A stretch of 64,000 bases of DNA, taken from Gammaproteobacteria bacterium. GTDB lineage: Bacteria; Pseudomonadota; Gammaproteobacteria; JBCCGL01. Numbering within the stretch: the first letter of the stretch is position 1; each line of letters begins with the position of its first letter. Made by a program: the position numbers and the translations under genes. Location of the stretch: the NCBI GenBank assembly GCA_965277715.1, contig OZ255836.1, positions 1,632,001-1,696,000 on the forward strand, read 5' to 3'. Under the pieces are notes generated by a model that ran no database searches, was not told the DNA's origin, and saw nothing but the letters and a program-made list of their open reading frames with translations. Shown here piece after piece: positions 46,369-57,290 of the stretch.

Positions 46369-48504
46369 ATGAATAAAAACAAACTGTTTCTCGTTATTGG
46401 TATCACAGTGGTTATCGGTGCCTTGTTCTATTTTGATCTCTGGCACTATCTAACCCTGGAAACAATCAAATCCAAACAGGCGGATCTGGCGGCATACTAT
46501 GCTGAAAACCCGGTGATTACCATCGCGGTTTACTTTTTGATTTACGTGCTGGTAACCGCCCTGTCACTGCCAGCGGCCACCCTGATCACCCTCTTGGGCG
46601 GGGCAATTTTCGGTTTGGTCGAGGGCACTATCATTGTCTCTTTTGCCTCGACCAGCGGGGCCACGCTGGCCTTTCTCGGTTGCCGTTACCTGTTTCGCGA
46701 TACCATGCAACAAAAATTTTCCGGGCAATTGGAAAATATAAACCGGGGCATGCAAAAAGATGGCATGTTTTATTTATTTACCCTGCGCATGATCCCTATT
46801 GTGCCGTTTTTCATGGTCAACCTGCTAATGGGTTTGACCTCTATTCGCACACGCACTTTCTTTATTATCAGCCAGCTCGGCATGTTGGCGGGCACCGCCG
46901 TCTATGTTAACGCGGGCACACAATTGGCTGAAATTGAATCGGTTAAGGATATTTTGTCCCCCCCGATATTTGCTTCATTTGCTGTACTCGGCTTATTTCC
47001 ATTGATTGCCAAAAAAATCATCGCGCTAATACAAAATAACCGCGCACTCAAACCCTTCCCCAAACCAAAACAGTTTGACCGCAACCTGATTGTCATTGGT
47101 GCCGGGTCAGCCGGCCTGGTAACCGCGTATATCGCTGCGGCAGTCAAAGCCAAAGTAACCCTGATTGAGCGAAATAAAATGGGTGGCGACTGCCTCAACA
47201 CCGGCTGTGTCCCCTCCAAGGCACTGATCCGCTCGGCAAAGCTGTTAAACCAGATCAGCCGTTCGATGCACTACGGCATCGGCAAAGCCAACGCAGAATT
47301 TGACTTCGCCGAAATTATGCAGCGGATAAAAGCAGTGATAGGGAAGATTGAACCACACGACTCCGTAGCGCGTTACACCTCGCTGGGTGTCGAGTGCTTA
47401 AGCGGTGAGGCAACCATCACCTCCCCCTGGAGCGTCACGGTCAACGGGCAGACGCTGACCACACGCAGCATTGTGATTGCCAGTGGTGCCAGGCCGTTTG
47501 TCCCCCCTATTCCGGGGATCGAAGAAACCGGGTACGTCACTTCAGACACAATATGGTCGCTGGACAAATTACCGGCGCGTTTTGTCGTATTGGGTGGTGG
47601 CCCTATCGGCAGTGAGCTTGCCCAGTGTTTTGCCCGCCTGGGTAGCGAAGTCACGCAAATAGAAATGCTGCCACGCATTTTATTTCGTGAAGACCCTGAG
47701 ATATCCGCACTGGTCACCGAACGCTTCAACGAAGAAGGCATAAAAGTACTCACCGAAACCCGTGCCGTGCAGTGCCTCAATAAAGACGGTGAAAAAGTAT
47801 TACGCTGCGAACACCAGGGGCAGACACTGGAAGTACCATTTGATGCCTTACTTGTAGCGGTGGGGCGAAAAGCGCGCACCGAGGGGTTTGGCCTGGAATC
47901 ACTGGGCATTGATCTTACCCAACAAAAAACCATCGACACCGACGCCTACCTGCAAACCATCATGCCAACAATATTTGCTGCGGGTGATGTCGTTGGCCCT
48001 TATCAATTTACCCACGTGGCGGCGCATCAAGCCTGGTATGCAGCTGTGAACGCCCTATTCGGCAAACTCTGGAAATTTCGCGTGGACTATACCGTTATCC
48101 CTTTTGCCACCTTCACTGACCCGGAAGTGGCGCGGGTCGGCTTAAACGAAACCGAAGCCAAAGAAAAAGGCATTGCCTACGAGCTCACTACCTACGGCAT
48201 CGACGATCTCGACCGAGCCATTGCCGACGGCGAGGCACACGGTTTTGTCAAAGTATTAACCGTACCGGGAAAAGACAAAATACTCGGCGCCACCATCGTC
48301 GGCGACCACGCCGGAGACCTGCTCAGCGAATTTATCCTCGCCATGCGCCACGGCCTTGGCCTGAACAAAATACTCGGCACCATCCACATCTACCCGACAA
48401 TGGCCGAAGCAAACCGCTATGTCGCGGGCAACTGGAAGCGTGCGCACGCACCGGAGAAATTATTAAAATGGGTAGCGCGCTATCACCAATGGCGACTTGG
48501 CTAG
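46369..48504 (+). CDS. TVP38/DedA (SNARE-associated) domain fused to a pyridine nucleotide-disulfide oxidoreductase
   Basis: ALSLP..GG..FG and LRMIP.VPF; GAGSAG, GGDCLNTGCVPSK, GGGPIG, HIYPT. Confidence 0.88.
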   Translation: MNKNKLFLVIGITVVIGALFYFDLWHYLTLETIKSKQADLAAYYAENPVITIAVYFLIYVLVTALSLPAATLITLLGGAIFGLVEGTIIVSFASTSGATLAFLGCRYLFRDTMQQKFSGQLENINRGMQKDGMFYLFTLRMIPIVPFFMVNLLMGLTSIRTRTFFIISQLGMLAGTAVYVNAGTQLAEIESVKDILSPPIFASFAVLGLFPLIAKKIIALIQNNRALKPFPKPKQFDRNLIVIGAGSAGLVTAYIAAAVKAKVTLIERNKMGGDCLNTGCVPSKALIRSAKLLNQISRSMHYGIGKANAEFDFAEIMQRIKAVIGKIEPHDSVARYTSLGVECLSGEATITSPWSVTVNGQTLTTRSIVIASGARPFVPPIPGIEETGYVTSDTIWSLDKLPARFVVLGGGPIGSELAQCFARLGSEVTQIEMLPRILFREDPEISALVTERFNEEGIKVLTETRAVQCLNKDGEKVLRCEHQGQTLEVPFDALLVAVGRKARTEGFGLESLGIDLTQQKTIDTDAYLQTIMPTIFAAGDVVGPYQFTHVAAHQAWYAAVNALFGKLWKFRVDYTVIPFATFTDPEVARVGLNETEAKEKGIAYELTTYGIDDLDRAIADGEAHGFVKVLTVPGKDKILGATIVGDHAGDLLSEFILAMRHGLGLNKILGTIHIYPTMAEANRYVAGNWKRAHAPEKLLKWVARYHQWRLG

Positions 48505-48565
48505 CAACAGCCTGTTCAACAACACTTTGATCAATTCAACGTTGAGGGTGTAGGCGTAACTAACG

Positions 48566-49564
48566 TTACGCAACGGCAAGTGCTTCCACCGCCGCCCAAA
48601 GCGCTGCATCAATCGATACATCAACGCCATTGGAAAAGGGCTTACCGGAACCGGGTAGCCGTGCATTAGGCTGTGCCGATACTGCCTGTACCAGGCAATC
48701 CAAACGCTGCCAAAAGTCCTCACCGGCAAACAGGGTCGGGTCGAGGAGAAAATAGAACTGCCCGAGATCGTGTGGTGGGCCTTCCGGGGTTTTTAGCGGT
48801 GGCGCACTGACACTGTTTAGCGAGCCGGTCAGTGCCGCCGCCAGTACCTCGGCCATCAGACCAAACCCATAACCTTTATAGCCTCCCGCCGAAACCAACG
48901 AGCCTGCCAGCGCCGCCTTGGGGTCATCAGTCGGCTGGCCATTTTTATCCACGGCCCAACCCAGTGGGATTTTCTCACCCGCTGCCGCCGCAACGCGAAT
49001 TTTACCAATGGCAATCGCGCTGGTGGACTGATCAAACTGGAACGCGACGCCTCCCGCTTGCGCCGGCACGGACATGGACATTGGGTTAGTACCCAGCACC
49101 GCTTGGGTGCCACCCGGTGGCGACACACAAGCCGGTGCGTTGGTCATGCCGATACCAATCAAACCCGCCTGAGCAATCTGTTCAGTGAAATACCCCATAG
49201 AAGTACAGGTGTGGGAGTGGCAAATCGCCAAGGCGCAGTTGCCGTGTTTTTTTGCCACGTCAACCGCCATGCCGATACCCCGATCAAACGCGGGCTGGGC
49301 AAAACCATACTGCGCATCAACCTGGACAGCGGCTGTTTTTGGCTGGCTAACCAGTGGTTCTATGCGACCATTGACCCGCCCACTGCGCAGTTGTACGCAG
49401 TAGCTCTCCAGATAATAAAGGCCACAGATCAGGTTCCCCGTCGCTTCGGCTTTGCGCACCGCCCGTGCCACGGATTCGGCTATCCAGCGGTCGGCCCCAT
49501 GTGCGACCAGTGCCTGGGTGGTTTTAGCCTCGATATCATCCAGGCGTACGGTGGTTTTAGTCAT
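48566..49564 (-). CDS. Ldh_2 family oxidoreductase (sulfolactate/malate dehydrogenase-like)
   Basis: GTNP, GWAVD..G.PT.DP, GGYKGYG, RLPG. Confidence 0.85.
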   Translation of the reverse strand: MTKTTVRLDDIEAKTTQALVAHGADRWIAESVARAVRKAEATGNLICGLYYLESYCVQLRSGRVNGRIEPLVSQPKTAAVQVDAQYGFAQPAFDRGIGMAVDVAKKHGNCALAICHSHTCTSMGYFTEQIAQAGLIGIGMTNAPACVSPPGGTQAVLGTNPMSMSVPAQAGGVAFQFDQSTSAIAIGKIRVAAAAGEKIPLGWAVDKNGQPTDDPKAALAGSLVSAGGYKGYGFGLMAEVLAAALTGSLNSVSAPPLKTPEGPPHDLGQFYFLLDPTLFAGEDFWQRLDCLVQAVSAQPNARLPGSGKPFSNGVDVSIDAALWAAVEALAVA

Positions 49565-49741
49565 TTTGTTCGTTTTCCCATTTTTAGTTTCCCCGGCACA
49601 GTGGTTTTAGTCATGCGGTTATTTTGGTTTTGTGGCAATTTGGCAGCACAATGCGTCACGCCACTACGGTGAGTGGAGTATGCCGGTGCGACTGATATGT
49701 TTCAATTGACCTGTAGCAACGTGACTGACATGCTTGGTCTT

Positions 49742-51067
49742 ATGCCGCAATCTACACAACAAACCACTCAACAGAAAGTACTCCCCAATTCGCTATGGGC
49801 CGCAACAGCCGAACCAGCGCCAGAGACGTTATCGCTCAATCGGGATATCAATGTCGATGTCGCCATTGTCGGGGCCGGATTTAGCGGCCTGCGAGCCGCG
49901 CTGGTACTGGCAGAATCAGGTCTTCAGGTGGCGGTATTCGACGCAGGGGATATTGGCTGGGGCGCATCCGGGCGCAATGGCGGGCAGGTTAACCCTATTG
50001 GGCATGAGCCACCCAGTGTCATCGCGCAGCGATGGGACAAGCAATATGGTGGCGATTACGCCCAACGCTTTACAGCACTCATCACCCAATCCGCTGATGA
50101 AGTGTTTGATGTTATCAAACACTATGCGATCCGCTGCGATGCCGAGCAAAATGGCTGGATTCGCGCCCTGCATAGCAATATCGCCAGGCCAGCATTTGAA
50201 ACCCTGTACCGGGATTGGCGCGATGCCGGTGCCGACCTACACTGGATTGAGCCTCAAACACTTGAGCAGCTAAGTGGTGCAAAAGGCTATAAAGCGGGCT
50301 GGATTGCCAGGCGTGGTGGCTCAGTGCAACCTTTATCTTATGTACGTGGCCTGGCACGCGCCGCGCAGTCAGCGGGGGCAAATATCTATACCCACATACC
50401 GATTGAACACCACAGGCGCGTATCAGGAAAGTGGCAGTTAACATCGCGACAGCGAAAAATCACTGCCGATCAGGTGTTACTGTGCACGAATGGCTACACC
50501 GATGATTTATACTCACAACTTCGCGAGAGTATTGTGCCCGTTGTCAGTATCCAGGCGGCGACGCAGGTACTCAGCGAGGCACAGTGCCAGGCCATACTGG
50601 TTAACCGACATACCTTTGCAGACACGCGCCGGGTTATTTTTTACTTTAGAAAAACCGGGGAAAATCGGCTGGTATTTGGCAGTGCGGGGATTGCCGATGA
50701 GATACCCGGTACTGCCGAAAGGCAGCGAATTTTAAATGGCTTAAATACCGTTTATCCACAGTTCCCCACGCTCAAAATAGACTATATATGGGGTGGTAAA
50801 ATCGCCGTTACACAAGATCATTTACCCCACATTCACCAACCGGCCCCCGGCATTTACGCTGGCCTGGGTTGTAATGGGCGCGGTGTTGCCCTGTCGACTG
50901 TAATGGGCAGGCTGCTCGCTGAGCTAGTACTGGGTAAAGATAAAAAAGCACTGGCGATTCCTATCACTACAATTAAAAAATACCCCTTCCATCGCTTTCA
51001 CCGCACAGGCATTAAAATCGCGGTACACTGGAAGGAATTTCAAGACAACAGAGAGGCAAATGCCTAA
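49742..51067 (+). CDS. FAD-dependent oxidoreductase (DAO/PuuB-like)
   Basis: SLW..TA, VGAGFSGL, GASGRNGG, GCNGRGV; start uncertain. Confidence 0.85.
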   Translation: MPQSTQQTTQQKVLPNSLWAATAEPAPETLSLNRDINVDVAIVGAGFSGLRAALVLAESGLQVAVFDAGDIGWGASGRNGGQVNPIGHEPPSVIAQRWDKQYGGDYAQRFTALITQSADEVFDVIKHYAIRCDAEQNGWIRALHSNIARPAFETLYRDWRDAGADLHWIEPQTLEQLSGAKGYKAGWIARRGGSVQPLSYVRGLARAAQSAGANIYTHIPIEHHRRVSGKWQLTSRQRKITADQVLLCTNGYTDDLYSQLRESIVPVVSIQAATQVLSEAQCQAILVNRHTFADTRRVIFYFRKTGENRLVFGSAGIADEIPGTAERQRILNGLNTVYPQFPTLKIDYIWGGKIAVTQDHLPHIHQPAPGIYAGLGCNGRGVALSTVMGRLLAELVLGKDKKALAIPITTIKKYPFHRFHRTGIKIAVHWKEFQDNREANA

Positions 51068-51530
51068 GAATACCGATATGATGAAAATATTTAGACTACA
51101 CAGCGAGATGTTAAAAGAGGAATGGCTGGATGGCTACGGCCACCTGAATGAGGCTTACTACCTGGTGCCCTTTAGCAATACCACCTGGCTATTGCAGGAT
51201 CAATTTGGCATCGGGATGGATTATTTTCATAAAACAGCGTGCGCCGTTTACACAGTAGAGACCCATATTCGCTACTTATACGATGTGCGCCAACCGGCCA
51301 TCATGGACATCCAGAGCATTATCCTCGGTTCAGATACCAAGCGGATATGGTTTGCTCACCAGATGTTGGTCGGTGATAAAGTGTGTGCTACAGGGGAGTT
51401 TATGGCGTTACACCACAACACCAGTTCAGGTAGAACGGAGAACATGCCAGAGGAGGTACAGGCACGGTTAAAAGCAGCCGAAGTGGAAGAAAAACCGCCC
51501 TGGGTTTCCCGGCAGATTGGCTTAACATAG
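51060..51530 (+). CDS. Hotdog-fold thioesterase (similar to carnitine-pathway thioesterases)
   Basis: EWLDGYGHLNEAYY, YTVETHIRY. Confidence 0.75.
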   Translation: MPKNTDMMKIFRLHSEMLKEEWLDGYGHLNEAYYLVPFSNTTWLLQDQFGIGMDYFHKTACAVYTVETHIRYLYDVRQPAIMDIQSIILGSDTKRIWFAHQMLVGDKVCATGEFMALHHNTSSGRTENMPEEVQARLKAAEVEEKPPWVSRQIGLT

Positions 51531-51588
51531 AAACTCAATGGTACGTTATCGGTAGTACCTGGCCAGTAGCACTTGGCCGGGAATACTA

Positions 51589-51618
51589 TGATAGGGGCGT
51601 ACTGATCGCGCCCCTATC
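51589..51618. terminator. Hairpin between the convergent thioesterase and dnaK genes
   Basis: TGATAGGGGCG...CGCCCCTATCA. Confidence 0.6.
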
Positions 51619-51633
51619 AGCCGCATTGCCAGC

Positions 51634-53583
51634 CTACGATTTTTTATCGTCGTCTTTTACTTCTTCAAACTCAGCGTCGACAACATCGTCAGCTTTGGCA
51701 CTGACATTGCTGTCACCGGTGCCATCGCCAGCATCCGCAGCGGGTTCCACCCCTTCAGCCTGCTGCGCATTGGCGTAAACACGCTCTGCCAATTTTGCCG
51801 ATACTTCGGTCAGGGCATCGCGTTTTTGTTGAATGGTCGCCAGGTCATCAGATGCAATGGCTTTGCGCAGATCGTCAACTTTCGCTTCGATATCCTTCTT
51901 CTCGGCTTCTTCCATCTGATCCGCGAGATCCTTCAAGGACTTTTCAGTTGCGTGAATCAGGCCATCAGCCTGGTTACGTGCCTCAATCAGCTCTTTCATC
52001 TTGCGGTCTTCGTCAGCGTGTGCCTCGGCATCTTTGACCATGCGTTCGACTTCTTCGTCTGACAGACCGCTGGATGCCTTAATCACAATCGACTGCTCTT
52101 TACCCGTGGCCTTATCTTTGGCCGATACGTTCAGAATGCCGTTGGCATCAATGTCAAAAATCACATCAATTTGCGGCATACCACGCGGTGCAGGCGGAAT
52201 ATCGGTCAGGTCGAAACGGCCCAGCGATTTATTCGTCGTGGCCATTTCGCGCTCACCCTGTAAGACGTGCACAGTAACGGCGGTCTGGTTATCGTCGGCG
52301 GTGGAGAACACTTGATTCGCCTTGGTCGGAATGGTGGTGTTCTTATCGATCAACTTGGTCATTACACCACCCAGTGTTTCGATACCGAGTGACAGCGGCG
52401 TCACATCAAGCAGTAATACGTCGGTAACAGAACCCCCAAGCACACCACCCTGAATCGCCGCGCCAATGGCGACGGCTTCATCTGGGTTAACATCGCGGCG
52501 AGGCTCTTTCCCAAAGAAGTTTTTCACCTCTTCCTGCACTTTCGGCATACGAATCTGGCCACCGACCAAAATCACATCATCGATATCACTGGCTTTCAGG
52601 CCCGCATCTTTGAGTGCGACTTTGCAGGGTTCGATAGTGCGCATAATCAAGTCTTCAACCAGTGACTCAAGCTTGGCGCGGCTCACTTTAATGTTCAGGT
52701 GTTTGGGGCCTGATGCATCGGCGGTGATATACGGCAGGTTGACTTCGGTCTGCTGGCTGGAAGACAGTTCGATTTTGGCTTTTTCGGCCGCTTCTTTAAG
52801 GCGTTGCAGCGCCAGCGGATCGCTGTGCAGGTCAATACCTGAATCTTTTTTAAATTCGCCGGTCAGGTAGTCGATTAAGCGCAGATCAAAGTCTTCACCA
52901 CCGAGAAAAGTATCACCGTTAGTCGACAGCACTTCAAACTGGTGCTCACCATCGATTTCAGCAATTTCGATAATTGATACGTCAAAGGTGCCACCACCCA
53001 GATCGTAAACGGCTACCTTGACATCCCCCCGCTGTTTATCCATACCGTATGCAAGCGCAGCGGCAGTCGGTTCATTGATGATACGCTTGACATCAAGACC
53101 GGCAATCTTGCCCGCATCTTTAGTGGCCTGGCGTTGCGAATCATTGAAGTAGGCAGGCACGGTAATCACTGCCTCAGTTACTGATTCGCCAAGGTACTCC
53201 TCCGCAGTAGATTTCATTTTCATCAGGGTGCGTGCGGAGATCTCCGGTGAAGCCATGCCCTTGCCATTGACTTCAACCCATGCATCACCGTTGCCCGCTT
53301 TGGTGATTTTATACGGCACCAGCTCAATGTCTTTTTGCACTGCAGCTTCTTCGTAGCGACGACCGATCAGGCGTTTTACCGCATAGATCGTATTCAGCGG
53401 GTTGGTAACTGCCTGACGTTTGGCAGGTTGTCCCACCAACACTTCGCCATCGTCGGCAAACGCGACGACCGAGGGGGTGGTGCGATCCCCTTCACTGTTT
53501 TCGATAACACGGGCGCCATCAGCCTCCATTACAGCAACACAGGAGTTGGTTGTGCCCAAGTCGATTCCGATAATTTTTCCCAT
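51634..53583 (-). CDS. dnaK: Chaperone DnaK
   Basis: [34 protein letters not shown]. Confidence 0.98.
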   Translation of the reverse strand: MGKIIGIDLGTTNSCVAVMEADGARVIENSEGDRTTPSVVAFADDGEVLVGQPAKRQAVTNPLNTIYAVKRLIGRRYEEAAVQKDIELVPYKITKAGNGDAWVEVNGKGMASPEISARTLMKMKSTAEEYLGESVTEAVITVPAYFNDSQRQATKDAGKIAGLDVKRIINEPTAAALAYGMDKQRGDVKVAVYDLGGGTFDVSIIEIAEIDGEHQFEVLSTNGDTFLGGEDFDLRLIDYLTGEFKKDSGIDLHSDPLALQRLKEAAEKAKIELSSSQQTEVNLPYITADASGPKHLNIKVSRAKLESLVEDLIMRTIEPCKVALKDAGLKASDIDDVILVGGQIRMPKVQEEVKNFFGKEPRRDVNPDEAVAIGAAIQGGVLGGSVTDVLLLDVTPLSLGIETLGGVMTKLIDKNTTIPTKANQVFSTADDNQTAVTVHVLQGEREMATTNKSLGRFDLTDIPPAPRGMPQIDVIFDIDANGILNVSAKDKATGKEQSIVIKASSGLSDEEVERMVKDAEAHADEDRKMKELIEARNQADGLIHATEKSLKDLADQMEEAEKKDIEAKVDDLRKAIASDDLATIQQKRDALTEVSAKLAERVYANAQQAEGVEPAADAGDGTGDSNVSAKADDVVDAEFEEVKDDDKKS

Positions 53584-53640
53584 TGGTTTCTCCACGCCGA
53601 AGCGCTTGTTGAGGTTGTACTAATTCAGTAGGCCGGTATG

Positions 53641-53666
53641 TATGGGCCTAAATAGGGATATTCAAG
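53641..53666 (-). promoter_or_regulatory. Sigma32 promoter upstream of dnaK
   Basis: CTTGAA-N14-CCCATA on the minus strand. Confidence 0.7.
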
Positions 53667-53700
53667 CTAATACGCCACCAAGCCTGTTATTTATGCACGA

Positions 53701-54354
53701 TTATTTAGCCACCATGACTAGCGCAGGCCGCAGCAGACGCTGATTCAGGGTATAGCCCTTTTGCATGACAGCAACCACTGTATTGGGCTCGCTATCGGGC
53801 ACTTCCTGCATACTCATTGCCTGGTGCATATCCGGGTTAAATTTCTCACCCATAGGGTCGACTTCGACAATGCTAAATTTTTCCATAGCCTGGGTCAGTT
53901 GTTTAAGGATCAGTTCACTGCCCTCCTGCAGTTTGGACACGTCGGCATCGTCAGCCATGCCCGCACCAATAGCGCTTTCCAGGCTATCGCGCACCACCAA
54001 TAACTCGCTGGCGATTTTATCCAGCGCAAATTTATGCGCGTTTTCAATTTCACGCGCCTGGCGCTTACGCAGGTTATCCATCTCGGCCTGCATACGCGTC
54101 AGCCGATCCCAGTTTTCATCGGCGCGGGTATTGGCGATGATCAACTGCGCACGCAATTCGCCTTCGTCGTCACTATCTTCAGACTGACTGTGATCCTCTT
54201 GCTCCTCATCGGCACCCATGTCTATGCCGGGAGTATCATCCATCTGGATAATACCCTCCAACGGCTCTGCATCATTTGTTTCAACAGGCTTTGGTGCGAC
54301 ATCGTCAACGAGTGGCTCGCCACCCGATTGTTCAGCGTTTTTTTCATTGGCCAT
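53701..54354 (-). CDS. grpE: Nucleotide exchange factor GrpE
   Basis: AEMDNLRKR, FNPDMHQAM, QKGY.LN.RLLRPA.V.V. Confidence 0.96.
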   Translation of the reverse strand: MANEKNAEQSGGEPLVDDVAPKPVETNDAEPLEGIIQMDDTPGIDMGADEEQEDHSQSEDSDDEGELRAQLIIANTRADENWDRLTRMQAEMDNLRKRQAREIENAHKFALDKIASELLVVRDSLESAIGAGMADDADVSKLQEGSELILKQLTQAMEKFSIVEVDPMGEKFNPDMHQAMSMQEVPDSEPNTVVAVMQKGYTLNQRLLRPALVMVAK

Positions 54355-54434
54355 ATAAAAGCTCCAGCAGTGCCAGGAATTGACTATCGATAATGAATGA
54401 AGGTGGTTCCAGACAGAACCATAACGCATGAGTG

Positions 54435-54461
54435 AATGGTGATTATTTCTGGAAATTCAAG
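54435..54461 (-). promoter_or_regulatory. Sigma32-like promoter upstream of grpE, overlapping the hrcA end
   Basis: CTTGAA-N14-CACCATT. Confidence 0.55.
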
Positions 54462-55504
54462 GCGGCACTTAACAATTTTGAGGTCACATCGACAATCGGG
54501 ATAACCCGTTCGTAAGCCATACGCGTCGGCCCGACGACACCGAGCACACCCACTACATTGTCCTCGACGGTGTAAGGCGCCGTCACCAGGCTGCAATCGT
54601 CGAACACGCCATAGCCGGACTCGCGACCGATAAAAATCTGAATGCCTTCAGCGTGTACGCTGCGCTCAAGCAGGCTGTACATATCGCGCTTGCGGTTAAA
54701 TGCATCAAACAGGCCCTTGAGCTTGTCAACATCTGAAAGTTCGCTGAAGTTCATTAGGTTGGTTTGTCCCTCAACCACCAGAGCATCATCGCTGATGCGC
54801 TCATCCACATCGGCAACGGCTGCCCCAACAGCCTCGGTCATCGCCTGCATACATTGATTCATATCGTTGCGCGAGCTTTCCAGTTCCTGGCGAATGGTTT
54901 TTCGCACCGCTTCAAGAGAGCGACCAACATAGTGCTCATTGATAAAATTTGCCGCCTCGACAAGCTCCGACTGGCTGTACTCGCGCTCGACCGGGATAAT
55001 TTTATTTTGCACTTCCTTTTCATTGATCACCAGGATAGCCAATACGCGCTGGCTGGAAAGTGGCAAAAACTCGATATGCCGGAAGGTAGTCCCGGCGCGC
55101 CTGGGCACTGTCACAACACTCGCCATTTGTGTCAGATTAGATAAATTGGCGATGGCGGTTTTTACCAGTGCGTCGGGGTTGCCTTCCACTTCCAGGCTTT
55201 CGCGCAATGCCCCCAATTGCAATGTATCCAGAGATTGCACTTCCAGCATGGTGTCGACAAAAATACGGTAGCCACTGGCAGAGGGTATACGTCCCGACGA
55301 TGTGTGTGGCGACACCAATAAACCCATTTCCTCAAGGTCACCCATGACATTGCGAATCGTCGCCGCACTGAGACCAATACCGGGCAGTTTCGACAAGGTA
55401 CGTGAACCCACCGGCTGCCCATCGCGAATATAGTGCTCCACCAACAGGCGCAAAATACCGTGCGCACGATCATTGAGTGGGTATTCACTGGTTTGTAGAG
55501 ACAT
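54443..55504 (-). CDS. hrcA: Heat-inducible transcription repressor
   Basis: PVGSRTL, SAATIRN.M.DLE, PHTSSGRIP, GVVGPTRM.Y. Confidence 0.96.
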   Translation of the reverse strand: MSLQTSEYPLNDRAHGILRLLVEHYIRDGQPVGSRTLSKLPGIGLSAATIRNVMGDLEEMGLLVSPHTSSGRIPSASGYRIFVDTMLEVQSLDTLQLGALRESLEVEGNPDALVKTAIANLSNLTQMASVVTVPRRAGTTFRHIEFLPLSSQRVLAILVINEKEVQNKIIPVEREYSQSELVEAANFINEHYVGRSLEAVRKTIRQELESSRNDMNQCMQAMTEAVGAAVADVDERISDDALVVEGQTNLMNFSELSDVDKLKGLFDAFNRKRDMYSLLERSVHAEGIQIFIGRESGYGVFDDCSLVTAPYTVEDNVVGVLGVVGPTRMAYERVIPIVDVTSKLLSAALNFQK

Positions 55505-55672
55505 AGCGGGTCATTCTAACCGAGAAGCTATTATTTGACACTGGGATAAAAAATAACCCGCAGTGTTTTTTATAAACAACTGAACCTGATAGGCACTAAC
55601 TGACGTTAACAGCGCCATATACCAATACAGCACAAAATAAAATAGCGATAACCAACAAGGTTATAGTAGCCA

Positions 55673-55903
55673 TTATATTCTCCCAGGTTGTTGTATATGC
55701 CGTTCAATTTTTAGCATCACTTTAAAACAGGCAAAAAGAATAACAATAGTAACACCGCAGCCAAGCCAGAAAATATCATCTACCTGATTTTGGGTATGCA
55801 GGCTGATAAGCCCACTACAAATTAAAACGATTCTTCCCAACAATAGCGTTAAAAAACCCTTGAGATGGTTTATCCTATCTTTCAATTCTTCAGATTTTGA
55901 CAT
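55673..55903 (-). CDS. Small two-helix membrane protein, hypothetical
   Basis: AT-rich ORF with two hydrophobic segments. Confidence 0.5.
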   Translation of the reverse strand: MSKSEELKDRINHLKGFLTLLLGRIVLICSGLISLHTQNQVDDIFWLGCGVTIVILFACFKVMLKIERHIQQPGRI

Positions 55904-56041
55904 TGCTACCCGCCGTTTGCTTTAGAAGGGCCGACCACGTGTCCTAATTCAGGGTTTAGTCAATCGCAGGAAGTCAAAAAATGATACAGCTCTGCGTGTC
56001 AATTCTATACTATCAACCACTATATTGACCTGAAAAACACC

Positions 56042-57265
56042 ATGGATTCAACCCGCAATAACCCCCTAAAAAAGCCTGCCGTAAAAGTCGGTGATGTACT
56101 GATCGGCGGTGGTAACCCAATAGTCGTGCAGTCGATGACCAACACAGACACCGGAGACGTAATCCGCACCGCTGTGCAGATTGCAGAACTGGCCAAAGCC
56201 GGTTCTGAGCTGGTGCGTATTACCGTCAACGATGATGCCGCCGCCGCCGCTGTACCCCACATTAAAGACCAGCTTGAAAAAATGGCCTGCCAGGTGCCGT
56301 TGGTCGGTGATTTCCATTTCAACGGCCACCGCCTGCTGGCAAAGCACCCCGGCTGTGCCCAGGCGCTGGATAAATACCGTATAAATCCCGGCAATGTCGG
56401 CCGTGGCAAAAAACGCGATGAGCAGTTTACGACCATGATCGAGACCGCCTGTCAATACGGTAAAACTGTGCGTATCGGGGCCAACTGGGGCAGCCTGGAC
56501 CAGGCGTTGCTGGCCAAAATGCTGGATGAAAATGCCCGCCGTGAACACCCCCGCACACTCGGTGAAATCAACCGTGAGGCCGTAGTTAATTCGGCACTGG
56601 AAAGTGCCGCCCGCGCTGAAGCAATTGGCTTGGCCCGCGAGCGCATTGTAGTTTCCTGCAAAATGAGCGGGGTGCAGGATTTAATCGCGGTATACCGCGA
56701 TTTAGCGCGCCGTTGCGATTACGCGCTACACCTCGGCTTAACAGAAGCCGGCATGGGGTCTAAAGGCATTGTCGCATCGACCGCCGCACTGGCCGTGCTG
56801 CTCCAGGAAGGCATCGGTGACACCATTCGCATTTCGCTCACCCCTGAGCCGGGCGGTGACCGCAGCCGCGAGGTGATTGTGGCACAGGAAATCCTGCAAA
56901 CGATGGGATTGCGCTCATTTACGCCTATGGTCATCGCCTGCCCCGGCTGTGGCCGCACCAGTAGCACGTATTTCCAAACACTGGCGGGCGATATTCAGGC
57001 CTACCTGCGCGATAAAATGCCGGTGTGGAAAGCCCACCACCCCGGTGTGGAATCGATGACAGTTGCCGTGATGGGTTGTGTCGTCAACGGCCCAGGCGAA
57101 AGTAAGCACGCCAATATTGGCATTAGCCTGCCGGGTACGGGTGAGCGACCGGTGGCACCAGTTTACGTCGATGGGCAGAAGGGCGTTACATTAAAAGGGG
57201 ATAGTATCGCCGCTGAATTTCAACAAATTGTCGAAGAATATGTCCGCCACCACTATCCTGTTTAA
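56042..57265 (+). CDS. ispG: (E)-4-hydroxy-3-methylbut-2-enyl-diphosphate synthase
   Basis: [39 protein letters not shown]. Confidence 0.97.
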   Translation: MDSTRNNPLKKPAVKVGDVLIGGGNPIVVQSMTNTDTGDVIRTAVQIAELAKAGSELVRITVNDDAAAAAVPHIKDQLEKMACQVPLVGDFHFNGHRLLAKHPGCAQALDKYRINPGNVGRGKKRDEQFTTMIETACQYGKTVRIGANWGSLDQALLAKMLDENARREHPRTLGEINREAVVNSALESAARAEAIGLARERIVVSCKMSGVQDLIAVYRDLARRCDYALHLGLTEAGMGSKGIVASTAALAVLLQEGIGDTIRISLTPEPGGDRSREVIVAQEILQTMGLRSFTPMVIACPGCGRTSSTYFQTLAGDIQAYLRDKMPVWKAHHPGVESMTVAVMGCVVNGPGESKHANIGISLPGTGERPVAPVYVDGQKGVTLKGDSIAAEFQQIVEEYVRHHYPV

Positions 57266-57290
57266 CCGATTACTGTAGAGTTAAGGCGAC

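Noticed and set aside
46369-48504. Mercuric reductase MerA
   Set aside because: No C-terminal Cys-Cys pair and no mer operon; this is the common DedA-oxidoreductase fusion.
55588-55622. CIRCE element upstream of hrcA
   Set aside because: GGCACT...AGCGCC is only a weak inverted repeat with the wrong spacing for TTAGCACTC-N9-GAGTGCTAA.
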